64,000 nt of DNA, from the NCBI GenBank assembly GCA_028534125.1, contig CM052817.1, positions 83,268,001-83,332,000 on the forward strand, given 5' to 3'. Positions 51,790-64,000 of the stretch are shown here, in pieces (position 1 is the stretch's first letter; every line of letters starts with the position of its first letter). The DNA comes from Lama glama (lineage: Eukaryota). The notes under the pieces were generated by a model. That model saw only the letters and a list, made by a program, of their open reading frames with translations, was not told the origin of the DNA and made no database searches. Both the position numbers and the translations under genes were made by a program.

Positions 51790-53080
51790 GACAGTACTCA
51801 AGAGCATGCACAGCTTCAGCTATTACATCCAAAACTACACATCTAGTTCACACCTATCTCCTGGACTAAGAACAAGGTTTCCAATTAGATGTTCCCACAT
51901 AGATATTCCACAGGTATTTCAATTCAACATGCTCAAAACCAACTTACTGTTTTCCCACCCATCATTTCTTGACACTAAAACTTGCTGCTTCTCCTGAATT
52001 CCCTAAATTTGAATTTAAAAACTCTCAAATCCAGAATTATAAGACATTACATTGTCATGTATAGTAAGAAATGCACATTTGGTCTTTAACCGCTCTTCCT
52101 GGCACAGAGCTCCTAAAACCCTTGGAACTCCCTAAGTGATAAGAACAACAAATATATCTTTTGTTATGCTAATGAGTGACTTTTAAACTCCATCAAAGGA
52201 TGGAGGCTGACTACCAGAATAACCAATTAGGTGACTAGAGGGTTGGAAATTTCAGTCCCACCCCTCTTACTTCTAGGAAGGGGAGAGAGAACTGAAGGTT
52301 TAGCCAATCACCAGTGGTCAGTGATTTAATCAACCATGCCTATGAAATGAAGCCTCCATTAAAACCCTGAAGGATGTGTTTCAGAGAGCTTCTGGGTTGC
52401 TGAACACATGGAGAGACCTGTGGAGAGTGGTACACTTAAACAGGGCATGGAAGCTCTAAGCCCACATATCATGCCCTATATCTACCTGGCTGTTCCTGAA
52501 TAATATCCTTTTATAATAAACAGGTAACCTAGTAAGGAAAATGTATCTCTGAGTTCTGTGAGCTACTCTATCAAATTAATAAAACCCAAGGAGTGGGTCA
52601 TGGGAACCTCCAAGCTATAGCCGTTTAGAAGCAGAGGTGACAACCTGGACTTGTGATTGGTGTCTGAAGTTGGTGAGGAGGAATGATGGAGCAGTCTTGT
52701 AGAACTGAACCCTTAACTCATGGAATCTGATGCTATCTTCAAGTAGATGGTGCTGGAATTGAGTTGAATTGTAGGAAACCCAGCTGGTACAAAAGAACTG
52801 CTTGATGGTACAGGGAAACACGCACACCCTGGAATTAGAATCGGAATTATATAAGAATTATTGTTTATTCCTCCCTATCCTTCTCTCATCTAATTAGTAA
52901 CTGCATCCTATCAGGCCTACCTCTAAAATATTAACACCAGTTCTTCTTCTCTATCAACCTCCACCAATACTCTCAGTCTTCATCATCATTTATTTGAACT
53001 ACCACAAACAGTTTGTAGGCCAAGACTCTGACTTTCCACTGAAGCCAGAATTTCATTCTAATAAAGTTGGATTATATGAT
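51790..53080 (+). mobile_element. L2 fragment split by a MER21-like LTR
   Basis: tctagttcacacctatctcctggact...tcaattcaacatgctcaaaacc; resumes at about 52860 (cctacctctaaaata...gaagccagaat). Confidence 0.6.
52053..52850 (+). mobile_element. MER21-family solo LTR
   Basis: ttcctggcacagagctcctaaaacccttggaa, agagggttggaaatttcagtccca, atttaatcaaccatgcctat..aatgaagcctccat, ctgagttctgtgagc, ggaatctgatgctat. Confidence 0.88.
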
Positions 53081-53569
53081 CCTTCTAAATCTAATTCTAA
53101 CCCTACTGGTAACTTTGATGACATGTCAGAATCTGTGAGATAGAGCTCAAGCAGTTATCAGAGAAAAACTTACAGTATTATATACCTAACTCATAAAGAT
53201 GTACTCCCTAAGCTAATTTATAAACTAAATACTATCCAACTTTTTATTTAAATGACATCAGGTGTTTTCTTGAAGCTGGATAAGCTCATCAAAAATTCAT
53301 TTTAAAAATGATCAAGAAAAGCCAGTAATATATTGGAAAAAAGATCAGTGAGGAGAAGCAAGCACAGACAGTCCTTTTGAAAACAGTATTAAGCTTCTAT
53401 GATTACAACAGTTTGATATTAGCCCAAAATTAGACAAACAGACTAGCAAACAAAACAGAAAAATCCAGAAATAGATCAAATTACATATGGACATTTAGTT
53501 TATAATAAAGGCTGCATCTCCTATCACTGAGTTTATCAGTCAATGTCCACTCAAAAAATTAACCCTCCA

Positions 53570-54195
53570 GTAATTTGAACAAGGAAATTTTAATATAAAT
53601 AATTATTAACTGTAACAAGGAATTGAAGTACAAGAGATTGGCTAGTAAGAGGTAAAGAAAACTGTATAGAATATAGGAGTAGCAGACATAAGGAACAGCC
53701 ACTCTTCTAGTGCTGAGATAAAGAGTACCCAAGTAAGAGCAAACACACAAACACACCAGGACTGAGATCCAGATCTTGTTGAAGAGGGGAGTACCATGAA
53801 ACACTGGATGACTGAGAAATTGCTCTGCTGACACACCAGCAGAACTCACTGAAATCCACTCTCTGGGGTGCCGAGGGAGTCATCCTCAGGACAGCTTCAC
53901 GCTATATAACCTGCCACAAAAGCATACAAGGAATTTTCAGAAAGTTTCTAACAACTGGATATGCGGACCAATAGTCACTGCAAGAGCTGGGTGCTGGAGA
54001 GCTGCCTGTGCTATAGGAGCCAGGCCCAAGAGAAACCTCTTTCTATTCCAGTGTCCTTCCAGCACTCTCTGCTGACAAAATTTAACATGGTGCCAGCTGG
54101 CTTAGGAGGAAAATTTACAGTGCTCATCTCAATTATTCAGAGTAGCCAATGAGGTCTGAGTTGGGAGCTGAGCAGCAATAAATTGTCATAGTGTA
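53570..54195. mobile_element. Ancient LTR fragment (family uncertain)
   Basis: ttccagcactctctgctgacaaaatttaacatggtgccagctggc...ggagctgagcagcaataaattg resembles old eutherian LTR ends; a GC-richer block interrupting the L1. Confidence 0.5.
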
Positions 54196-54786
54196 GGAAC
54201 ACAGACTATAAATGGTGTTATATAAGACTGATTCTTTTATTAAACCATATGCCATGTAAATACCAAAATCAATCAAGGATTTAAATGTAAAAAAGTGAAA
54301 CCATACAAGAACTAGACACAAGGGTAAATGCCTATAACTTGGGAGTAGGGAAATTTTCCTAACTATGAATCTAAATCCAGAAGTAGTTAGAGAAAGGACT
54401 TATAAACTTAATTCCATAAAAAATTTTACATTTCATACCAAAAAAAAGTAAAAATAAGAATAAATGACAAACAGAGACAAGTATTTGCAATTTATATACC
54501 AAAAGCCAAGAATCAATATTCCTGATACATAAAGAGTTGTTTAAATAAAGAAGAAAAAGGCCAACAACCAAAACAAGCTAGAAATATGAAGAAACAGTTT
54601 ATAGTAAGAGAAATACAAATGACTTTTTAACCATTTGAAAAGATACTTGATCTCAAGTCTTTATAAGGGAAATGAAAATTAATTATATTAATTAACTATA
54701 CCATCACATATATACATATATCCGTAAGTATATATATGTAGTACTAGTTTATATATATACACACACATACACACACAATGTTTATA

Positions 54787-55069
54787 TAGTCATCCCTTGG
54801 TATCCACGGTACATTGGTTCTAGGACCCACTGTGGATACCAAAATCTGCAGATGCTCAAGTCCCATAGTTCACCCTCAGGATCCTCAGATTCCATGTCCA
54901 TGGTTTCAACCAACTTCAGATTATAAACATAGTACAGGATCCAAGGTTGGTTGACTCCGTGGATGCAAAACCTGCAGATATGGAGAAACAATTGTATATA
55001 TTTATTGAAAACAATCCATGTATAAGTGGATCCACACAGTTCAAAACCATGCTGCTCAAGAGTCAACTG
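54787..55069. mobile_element. MER2/MER8-group Tigger MITE
   Basis: (c>t)agtcatcccttggtatcc...ggataccaaaatctgcagatgctcaagtccc ... cagttcaaaaccatgctgctcaagagtcaactg; TA flanks inside a (TA/CA)-rich tract. Confidence 0.88.
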
Positions 55070-58000
55070 TATATATACACGTATATGTACATATATATAC
55101 AAGTTGTATATTTAGTATTTATATTTCTTTATATCTTTTGAAAAATGGAACGATATAATATGAAAAATTTTAATGGTTACCTATAGGGGATGGGAGTGAA
55201 CAGGGTAGAAGAACCAGTGACAGAAGCCAGACTTCTTTGTAAATAGCTTATTTTATAGATCTGCCTTTGGAATCATGTAATTATTTATAAAATAAATATA
55301 ATTTACCAAAGCAATTCCTAAAAACTGCAAATAAAATGAACATAAGTATATATACATTTAATGGCATAACCATTCAGAGAGTACCTACTATAAGTGATTC
55401 TAAAATATAGTAAATTAGAGTAATTTATAGAAATTTATATATAGTAATGATACATCTTACATCATTTTCAATAGTCAATGATTCATCTTAAATCCTTACA
55501 CTTTCGTCTTAAATCATACTGGCATCATTATTCTGAGACAGTTGTATATATTTTGTGAGATAATGCAAATGAGTACTTATTTTGTTGTTGTTAAGAACCA
55601 AGATTTTCCACAAGGTTGAAAGGAGATAAAGATGTAAAATAGATAAGTAAAAACTCTTTAGTCCTCATTTAAGTAATAGTAAGAATTCATGGTCTAGCTT
55701 ATCTTATAAATGCATAGTATGGCCCTATGGCCTCTAAACACCATATCCCACTAAAAGGAATCAGGGCTTTTTCAAAAAAAAATGACTGATTCCAAGTCTG
55801 GCACATTAAATGTGCAAGATGAGCCTGGAATATCTTGTCATTCCAGAAGGAAAGAAGCAATTAAGAAGTGTTGGAGTGTTGGGGTTGGTGGGGGATGGGG
55901 AGGCAGTGGTCATGTCAAAAGACTCAGGAACCAACCTGCGTAAGTTCCAATTACATAAACTTCAGACAACATTCTGAAATGGATGAAATGTATTTTAACT
56001 TACGTGTTCAAAATAATACTGCCATGAATCTTCCTTCCTCCCCTCTGCAAAAAATAAAAGGCATTTTTGCAAGATTTTAAGGAACCACTGTTATTTTTAA
56101 AACTGTATTTAAATGGAAAGAATTAAACTGTTTCTGGGGCCTTTCTTCTACAGCCTCTACCTTAAGTGAATGATGGTCAACGAGTAAAAGTTACTTATAG
56201 AAATTTTGCAGCTAACAACAAAAACAGGAAATAACAGAATTACCATTTTGCAACTCCAAATGAAGTAACAAACCTAGACAATGAACATCAATGGCAGATA
56301 ACTCACAGAAAGAAATGCCAAGACATTATGTACCTTCTGGAAGTACAGAACACCATGTAAGAAGTAATCTTATTTAAAAAAAAAAAAAAACCCTCAAACC
56401 TGAACTTGATCAGTTCTCTAGATCTAATGATCCATTTACTGGAAATACAAAAGAGAGAAATATGTTAAACAACCCCCCATGGGGATGCAAAAGAAGAAGA
56501 AAAGCGGAGGGGACCTTATAGACTAAAAGACTTGAGAAATACGATTTTAAGTAATCACAGTGTATGCCCTTATTATACGGATCCTCATTCCAACAAATCT
56601 TTAAAAAACATAATGATAATTGAGAAAATGTTAATACAGACTGGACATTTGATGGTATTGAGGTTTTTGTTAATTTTCAGGTATAATAATTGTGATTGTG
56701 TTTTTCACTGAAAATCTGCATCTTTATGATTATATAATTAAATATTTACAGATAAATTCTATAATATCTGGGAGTTGCTTCAGAATAGTTCTAGGTTAGA
56801 AGGACAGGGATGCTGGTGGTTGTGGGCACAGATGATACAGAACTGACAGTGTGTTGCTGACTGTGGAAACTGAGAGATGTACACATCAGTTCACTTTTTT
56901 TTATTATTCCTTCTTCTTTCCTATATGCTTTTTAAATGTCTATAATTAAGTTTTTATAAAATGTAATGAAAAATAATAAGCATAATCAGATGCAATTTGA
57001 CAGACTAAATCAGAGATGTGGAAACACAATTATTTAACAAGAGAGTCAAGATTAGTATAGGTTTTAACTCCTAGTCTAGTGCTCTTTCCACTACATCATA
57101 TTGCAGCAGCCATTCATTCATACTTCTAAAATTCTTGTTATGTAGTAGAACAGAAGTCTATGTAAATTCCACACTTTAAAGAAGAAAAATAATAACATTA
57201 ATTCTCTTTCAAAAAATATCCAGCATGGTGCCTAAGGAAAAAGAAATAATATTCTCAAGAAAGATTTTACTTGTTTAGAGAGACATAAACCAGATCACCA
57301 AACAAATCTTGGTCCTTAAGCTGCAACACTTAAAAAAAAATAGTGTTAAACAACATGAAGAAAAACAAAAGCTATTCTTAAATAAGCCTCACAGACAGAA
57401 CCCGGATGAGGATCTGACTGTAGCAATATATTCAAAAACATTAAAGAATATTCCACTCCCACCATACCATGCTCCAAGAAACCAAATGTAAAGCAATGTC
57501 ATTCTTTAATGATACAAATAAATCTATTTTTTGAAGACAATGCCTAGATGTATAAAATGTACTACTAACAATAAAAGAACTAAGCTCACAGGGTGACACT
57601 TCACAGGAAGCACTTAGTGGGTGAGTTAGGGGTGCAGACCCAGGCTTTGCTTTCCAAGAGATGCCCTTTATAGTCTCCACACTGAGTTTTTCATCCAGAG
57701 TCTAGAATGTGCTGTTCCATCCTAGACCTTCAAGGATCCACTGTGGCTTAGAGGCAACTAGGTTCTGAAATTACATAATATTTCAGATTTAATGGTTACT
57801 GTGTTGTGCTATAAATCAATTACACTGGAAAGGTCATAAAAGAAATGTGGTTGGCCCAGCAGCCCCCCTCCAAGCCTATGGATTCACACATCAATACAAA
57901 TTTATTGATAATAATAATATCCAATGCATATCCTCCAACACAGTGGAAATTTGCAATACTAATAAATTTAACTGTCTTTTTTAAAAGCTACATTTAGACA

Positions 58001-60281
58001 TTCTATGGAAATTTCTAGCTACACCAAAAAAAAAAAACAAAAACAAAAATCCAGACCTTACTAATTTGTATTACAACAGATCATTCAACTTTTTGTCACT
58101 TCTCTCGTACACACTTTCCATTTTTTTATTTAAAATATTTCTACCATGTCTACTAGTAAAGCAGATGACATGACAGAGGGAGGGGACTAGGGAAGACACT
58201 TCTTCACATTTTGTACTTAACTCTATTACCATACAGAGCTCTTTGTGACACTCTGAGTTTCTGATCTCTTAAAAGGCAGAGAAGCATCTGGGCATTTATT
58301 GACTTAACTCTGCAATAACCCACCTTAGCTCTTCTCCTGCTCCCTTTCCTTTATGCCTCTTCTGCCTCTAATACCACAAGACCTAAGAGTGGTTAACTAA
58401 ACTATATTAAGTAAACTATAATACTATAGTACATCAACTATATAGAATACAACATACTATGTACAACCTAAAGAGACTGTTGCAAACACCATGTTGTATA
58501 CACCAGGGGAAAAGACTGCATAAACTATGTAAAAAATGTAAGATACAAAATAATACGTAAAACTCACTTTAAAACTTACTCCTAGAAAAATACCGAAAGA
58601 TGGTCATCTAAATGCTAACTCTGTATGACAATGAGTGAATTATCCCTTGTCTTCTAAATGTACATGCACTGACCCATTGATAAAAAATATATATATTGAT
58701 AAGTTTGATAAAAGAATATTGTCTCATTCCAGATTCATGACTAGAATTATTAAAATAAAGCATAAGAAAGGGGAATGGGGCTCACCTACAATGCAAACAT
58801 AAATGCAGTTGTGAAGTACTTAAGTACTTGGTAAGATTATTGTTACAAGAATTATCACATTATAATAGGACTTCCTAGAATTCATAAATAATGCCCTTTT
58901 GTAGGATGTCAATTCTATCCCCAGTCTCACTGATTGTGAAAGCATAATACTGAGCAGATCCAGAATATCTGTATTCCAAATATTTGAAATTAATTTTGAA
59001 TTTACTATGGATCAATGCCTTTCAAACTCTTGGCTGAAAGAAATTATTTTTATGAAGGATCACATTAGAATATACAGTCTATACAGTCCTCTGACATAAT
59101 CCTTCCTTGGATTAAGCAAGAAAATTCAGAAAACTTCATAAATGAACAGCACTATGTGGGCCATCCTTTCAACTCCATCTACCCCAACAGTCAACCCCTC
59201 CATCTGCCCCATCAGAACTGTGTTCATTGAATTGTTCTAGAACTAAAGGTACTGAAGCCATCAGCCCATAATGAAAAATGGTCTGTTTCCAGTAGGTATA
59301 TTCTTTCTGTAGCATCATGAATGAGGGCCTACAAAAGAAAATTCTCTCAGTCTCAGTATCAGAAATTACATTTTTCCTCAACAACCAGTTCGTTTTTCTT
59401 TTGTGGGCCCTCAATCTCACCATGTTTCCCCCTATCCCTGGTGAAAAGTATATGAAGATGTGTGGCCTGTAATGTTTCACAGCCTCACTACCAACTCATA
59501 TACTTTCTTCACTTTGTTTTTCTACTACCTCATATTTCTTATTTATTTTTAATTATTTTCTTTTGCAATATTATTTGAATCTTTTGAAGTTGCCTTTGGA
59601 ATAAGGTAGGATATGATTCATTATCTAATTAATTTAAATGAAAAAAGATACTTAGAAATTCCCACTTCTAAGGTATTTACTATGTAGTCACCATTCAGCA
59701 GAGTCAAGTCCCTGACAAACAGTAAGTGCCCAGTTGTCAGCTGTTATCATTATCATTACATAACTGCACACTGTAATGTCCAAGTAATGTCAGTGTAAGT
59801 TCAAAAGACAAATAAATGTACACACATACATACACACACAAATACTCACTTAATACAATAACCTTGACTACCCTCTTCATCACAGTATTTTGAATGCCTA
59901 AAACATTGCCTAGACAGTGTAAGCAATTTGTAAATATTTTTAATAAATGAGTTACTGAACAATGAATTCCTCATATCACTATATTTATGTTGGTATATAT
60001 TTTTGAATACACATGCTGAGAAGTTTGGTATAGTGAATGACATGAGTTTTTTTAAGCATCTTCAGTACTATCCAAATGCTGATAACAAACAAATACCAAT
60101 ACCAGACATCAGAGATATTTTATTTTCTGAGGTTTGCTTTTCTGATTAGAACTTCCTAGTGTTGTTTATGAGAATTATAAGAAGCATTCTAACAGTGCCT
60201 GGTAAATAGAAGTTCAACAAATGTTAATCTTATTTTTCCTCTTCCTCCCTGATAGTGTAAACTTCTATAGCAGTATCACAA

Positions 60282-60282
<1 letters not shown>

Positions 60283-60322
<40 letters not shown>
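60283..60322. repeat. (TG)20 perfect microsatellite
   Basis: Read directly from the sequence. Confidence 0.98.
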
Positions 60323-60324
<2 letters not shown>

Positions 60325-60398
60325 GAAAGCCTAACCCACTCAGAAGACATTACCACCAAGGACTATCTATATTTCCTTCTATAACTCTCTTCACTTAC

Positions 60399-60442
60399 CA
60401 TGATAATCCTTCTCTTCTTCTCTTAGCTCCCATATTGGCTAT
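60399..60442 (-). other. Candidate 44-nt exon (5'UTR or first coding)
   Basis: About 130-nt pyrimidine tract ...cttctttttttttttttttggtcAG|ATAGCCAATATGGGAGCTAAGAGAAGAAGAGAAGGATTATCATG|GTAAGT; consensus donor. Confidence 0.4.
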
Positions 60443-60448
60443 CTGACC

Positions 60449-60575
60449 AAAAAAAAAAAAAAAAGAAGAGAGAGAAAAAAGTAGAGGCATGGGAGAGAAA
60501 AGGAGGAAAAAAGGAAGGAAAGAAGAGAAAGGAAGAGAGGCAGGGAAGGAGGGAGGAAAGTAGAGAAAAGAGAAG
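60449..60575. repeat. Purine-rich (GA-rich) low-complexity tract
   Basis: A-run followed by gaag/ggaa/gaga repeats. Confidence 0.9.
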
Positions 60576-62339
60576 AATTTGACTGTCTTACTAGAAAGGA
60601 GAAAAGTAAATAATAACTCTTGGATATGACTAGAGTGTATACTAGTGTATACAATGTTCAAATACATGTCATCATTCTTTCTTATAAATTACTGACTGCA
60701 AGATTACTAAATCTGAGTAATTAGGAGCTTGTTAGATATGCACTGTGCTTTTGGGACATACTATGTGGAAAACGAAACAGATAAACTCCCTCAGGAAGAG
60801 TAACAGCTTTAAGAAATCAATGGCTCCCTGGTTAACAAAATAGAAAATCAGACTACAGTCATCTAGTGTGCAGCAAGCTAAATGATATGACTGCCAATCA
60901 CTCCCAGATGACTCTTGAACCCATACATTCATTCTTTTCCATATGGTGCATTTCACATCTGACACCAGATTTCTGTTTTTCTATCTTCACCCCAACCCCC
61001 TCCTTTACTTTATGAAGGAATAAAAGAGCAAGTATTGACCTCTAAGACTTTTGTCCAAGCTGATCTTTCCTTGACCTTATCCATTTATTTCATTCTCCCC
61101 TTATCAAATACCACCTCAGCCAGATTCCCAGGTCTCTATCCCGATACAGGCAGCATGTTGTTGGGAAATACTTGCTACAGCACTTGCAGTCACTGTGCTG
61201 GGATGAGGTATTAGATGACAGGCTTTCATCTGGATATAATTTATTTATTATATTAGTATTTTATATTAAAGAAAGTGCACCAGTGTGAAAATTGAAGCGA
61301 AAACATATTTTGGCTAAGGAATAACCTGGAAATTATTAAAGTCAAAAGCTTATGGGTCAAAGGGTAGCAGCTTCATGTTATTATAATAATATGTTAATGT
61401 TTAAGTCATGTAACCTCTATGAGTCTTTGAAACACCTGCGATGGAAATGGTTTTCACACTATTACAATGATAACAAATAGACTGAGGCTTGCTGCTTTAC
61501 TTTTGAATCTGCTCATGTGACTGAATTTTATGAGCCAATAAAACATATCCTAACATAAATATAATAAAGATTCAGAAAAATACCACCCTAAGTCAATTCT
61601 CTTTGCAACTGCTTTCTCTCTTTTTATCGCAGCTACTCCCACCTCAAGTTCCACCCACTCCAACTCTCCCCCTCCTTCTCTTCTTCTTTACTTAGGTTTA
61701 TTTGACACAGCTGTTGCTGGTGAACTAAAGAATGAGATTGCCACTGGGATAAACTAGAAAGCATGTTAGCTGCCCTATAACATATTTTCTGTTATTAAAT
61801 AAAGATGGCACCATGGACCTCGTTCTACCCTTTGCCAAACAGTATTGCTAAAAGTGTGTATCATACTTCAATAAACAATAAATTATTTATGTCCACTTAT
61901 TTCACTTTAATTGTACTTTAGCATTAGTGTCTAAACATATGTATGCAAACACACGTGCATACACACACACATGCTTCTCAAGAATGAATCCTTCCCATGA
62001 ATCCCATAAGTCATATAATGCCAAGAAGCCCTCTGAAGACAGGCCAAAGAGCCACTTTCATCTATAATTGGTGAAATTACCTCAACTGACTTCCTGAGAG
62101 ATGAGATGCATCAGATTACAATAAATTCCATTTATTATTGTAAATACAAATGTCAAATCTCTTTGGAATTCTATCATGTGTACACAAAGCATGTTGGAGA
62201 AAAAAGTTAAATGGTTCTGTTAACTTCAAATTTAAAATTCTAAAAAAAAAGATAATAAAATGAAATGAAATCTACATTCAGTGTATTCTTACCCTCAGTA
62301 AGTCAGTTGATTATTAAAGAACTATTACTTAAAGAACCA

Positions 62340-62700
62340 CATTATGGGCTGAACTGTTTAAGCCCTAACCTGCAGTATTTGGAGATAGAGCCTTTAAGGA
62401 GGTAATTAAGGTTAAATGAGGTCATGAGGGTGGACCTAATCTGACAGGATAGGTACTCTTATTAGAAAAGGGAGGGAGACCAGAGATCTTTGTCTCTTTC
62501 CACACTCAGAGAGGAAAGACCGTGTGGAAATAGTGTGAAATCAACTGGCAAGCCAGAAAGAGAGGCATCACCAGAAACCAACCCTGATGGCACCTTGATC
62601 TTGGACTTCTAGCTTCCAGAACTGTGAGAAAATTAATTTCTGCCCTTTAAACCACTCAGTCTGTGGTATATTGTTATGGTAGCCCTAGCAGACTAACACA
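62340..62700 (+). mobile_element. MLT1A/B-type MaLR solo LTR with a 5-bp TSD
   Basis: gtaattaaggttaaatgaggtcat...ggcaccttgatcttggacttctagcttccagaactgtgaga; TSD aacca at 62335-39 and 62701-05. Confidence 0.92.
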
Positions 62701-63572
62701 AACCAGAAGTCTTTTTTCTTCCAAAAACCCAAGTAATAATCATGGAGGTAGGAAGGATTCTGAGATCACTGAGACCCAGTAGTGAAAAATAATATTCATT
62801 TAGGGCATCCTGAAGGATCTCCATTAAGAACACTCCTCTAGGAAATAGTCTATGTATTACCATTGAGACAAGTCAAATCAGCAGAGGTGCACACTTAGAT
62901 ATCAATGCTTTGGTCCCTTTTTGTTACACCAGTTTGCACTGTAGGATATGATAAGAAATCACTGTGTGGAAATTGTTTAACAGATATACTTTCAAGAATA
63001 TGGTCTTCTACACATCATCATGATATCCTAAGGGGTAATGTTCTCTCAAGTCTAACAAAATAGTTCGTTTCACCTGAACGACTTCTATTTTACTTTTACA
63101 GTGGCTGTGACTCCTATAATGATCATGTTTCCCTCTGTACTTAAGAGTCAAACTTTAAGTCCAGCAATCATACAGATTCTCAAAGCATGTTTTCTGTGAA
63201 CCAGTTTTCCTTATGTTTTATTCTCCCCTTTTTATTTTCCTTTCATATAGATTTCCTCAAATATTTATTTTGCTTTATGCATTCTTCATGCCATCTCAAA
63301 TTCTTTGTGGAATGATGAGGGAAATAAGCACATAAATAAATATATATCATCTCATCCAAGGCTGTTACTTTAAGATAGGAAACCGAGATCAAGAATATTT
63401 TAGTAATTTAGTCCAGGACATGCAATCAAAGTGTGGCACAGATAAGATTAGAAATTCAGTTTCCTCTCACTTAGTCTAGTGTTCCTTTGCCTCCATAATA
63501 TTACTTCCCTAAGCAGTAAAGGAGGAAGGAAATTAATTCAAAAGGAAAAATATCCCCTTGATACATGTAGGT

Positions 63573-63740
63573 CAGTGTTTCTCAAGAAGGGCAAGATAAG
63601 CCTTAACTGTGCTGTGCCAAACTATCTCCACATTAAAGAATGTTCAGCATTCCTGGTCCCTGCCCACTAAATGCCATCAGAGCCTCCTAGTCATTGTACT
63701 AACAAAAAAATTCCCATTACACTTCCCAAAGCCCAGTGCT
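63573..63740 (-). mobile_element. MER20 (hAT-Charlie) fragment
   Basis: cagtgtttctcaa...atgttcagcattcctggtccctgcccactaaatgcca matches the MER20 reverse complement. Confidence 0.7.
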
Positions 63741-63899
63741 ACCATGTTTTTATTTGTTGCTGTTTCAAAAGAGAAACAAAAGAAGCAGAAAAGATTTCCC
63801 TGCCTGATCTAATGGAAAATTAAGTCATTATGGGAAAGTAAAGATCCGAGTGTAAAATATATGCATTTAATAGCTGACATTAAATTTCTGTTAGGAAGG

Positions 63900-64000
63900 T
63901 GTGGTAAAGTGTTTGCAAAAATGACCACAATAATTTCCCTCACTGCTCCATGCATTTGGGTTAGCTCTTCCCAGAATGACTTTGGCCTTGGCCATGTGAA
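63900..64000 (+). mobile_element. Start of an old MLT1-type LTR running off the window
   Basis: tgtggta...gcaaaaatgaccaca...ggccttggccatgtga. Confidence 0.55.

Larger units (their letters stand above)
53160..56960 (+). mobile_element. Old L1 (L1MC/L1MD-like) ORF2 end and long 3'UTR, split by an LTR and a MITE
   Basis: ORF2-like 53160-53560 and 54200-54700; 3'UTR motifs gatgagcctggaatatcttgtcattccag, aacctgaacttgatcagttctctagatcta, gactggacatttgatggtatt. Confidence 0.75.

Noticed and set aside
59169..59480. 103-aa minus-strand ORF
   Set aside because: Non-ATG start, no recognisable homology or donor site; possibly an old DNA-transposon remnant
61526..61543. Back-to-back posterior HOX/CDX-like motifs (ttttatga, ccaataaaa)
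   Set aside because: Short AT-rich motifs are frequent here; not interpretable without conservation data
1..64000. CRISPR arrays, rRNA, operons, snRNA/snoRNA/miRNA genes
   Set aside because: Mammalian sequence with no regular repeat-spacer structure and no structured RNA gene that I could recognise; an Rfam scan would be needed to exclude small RNAs

Overview
AT-rich, repeat-dense placental-mammal DNA, most likely from a camelid: there is a tRNA-Ala-derived Vic-1-like SINE at about 5360-5490, cetartiodactyl-type L1 3' ends, and no ruminant Bov-B/Bov-tA or pig PRE-1 elements that I could recognise. The window looks mostly like one long intron, or several, of an unidentified minus-strand gene. 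Two in-phase candidate coding exons lie at the left edge (823-943, 394-437), with weaker candidate exons at 48929-48981 and 60399-60442. Much of the window is decayed transposable elements: many L1 fragments (mostly + strand, antisense to the putative gene), L2, MIR, MaLR/ERVL LTRs, and Tigger and hAT DNA-transposon derivatives. It also holds one two-LTR ERV1-class provirus (9048-14552, minus) that lacks RT and env and carries a nested Tigger1 derivative. Most entries in the ORF track are chance ORFs or TE remnants. I found no clear new biological system. The best leads are a start-less + strand frame with a partial homeodomain-like pattern (2378-2734), the RT-less ERV whose LTRs both lack AATAAA, a TSD-flanked tail-less internal L1 fragment, and an isolated L1 5'UTR. 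Repeat family names come from recalled consensus sequences and boundaries are approximate; no database search was run.
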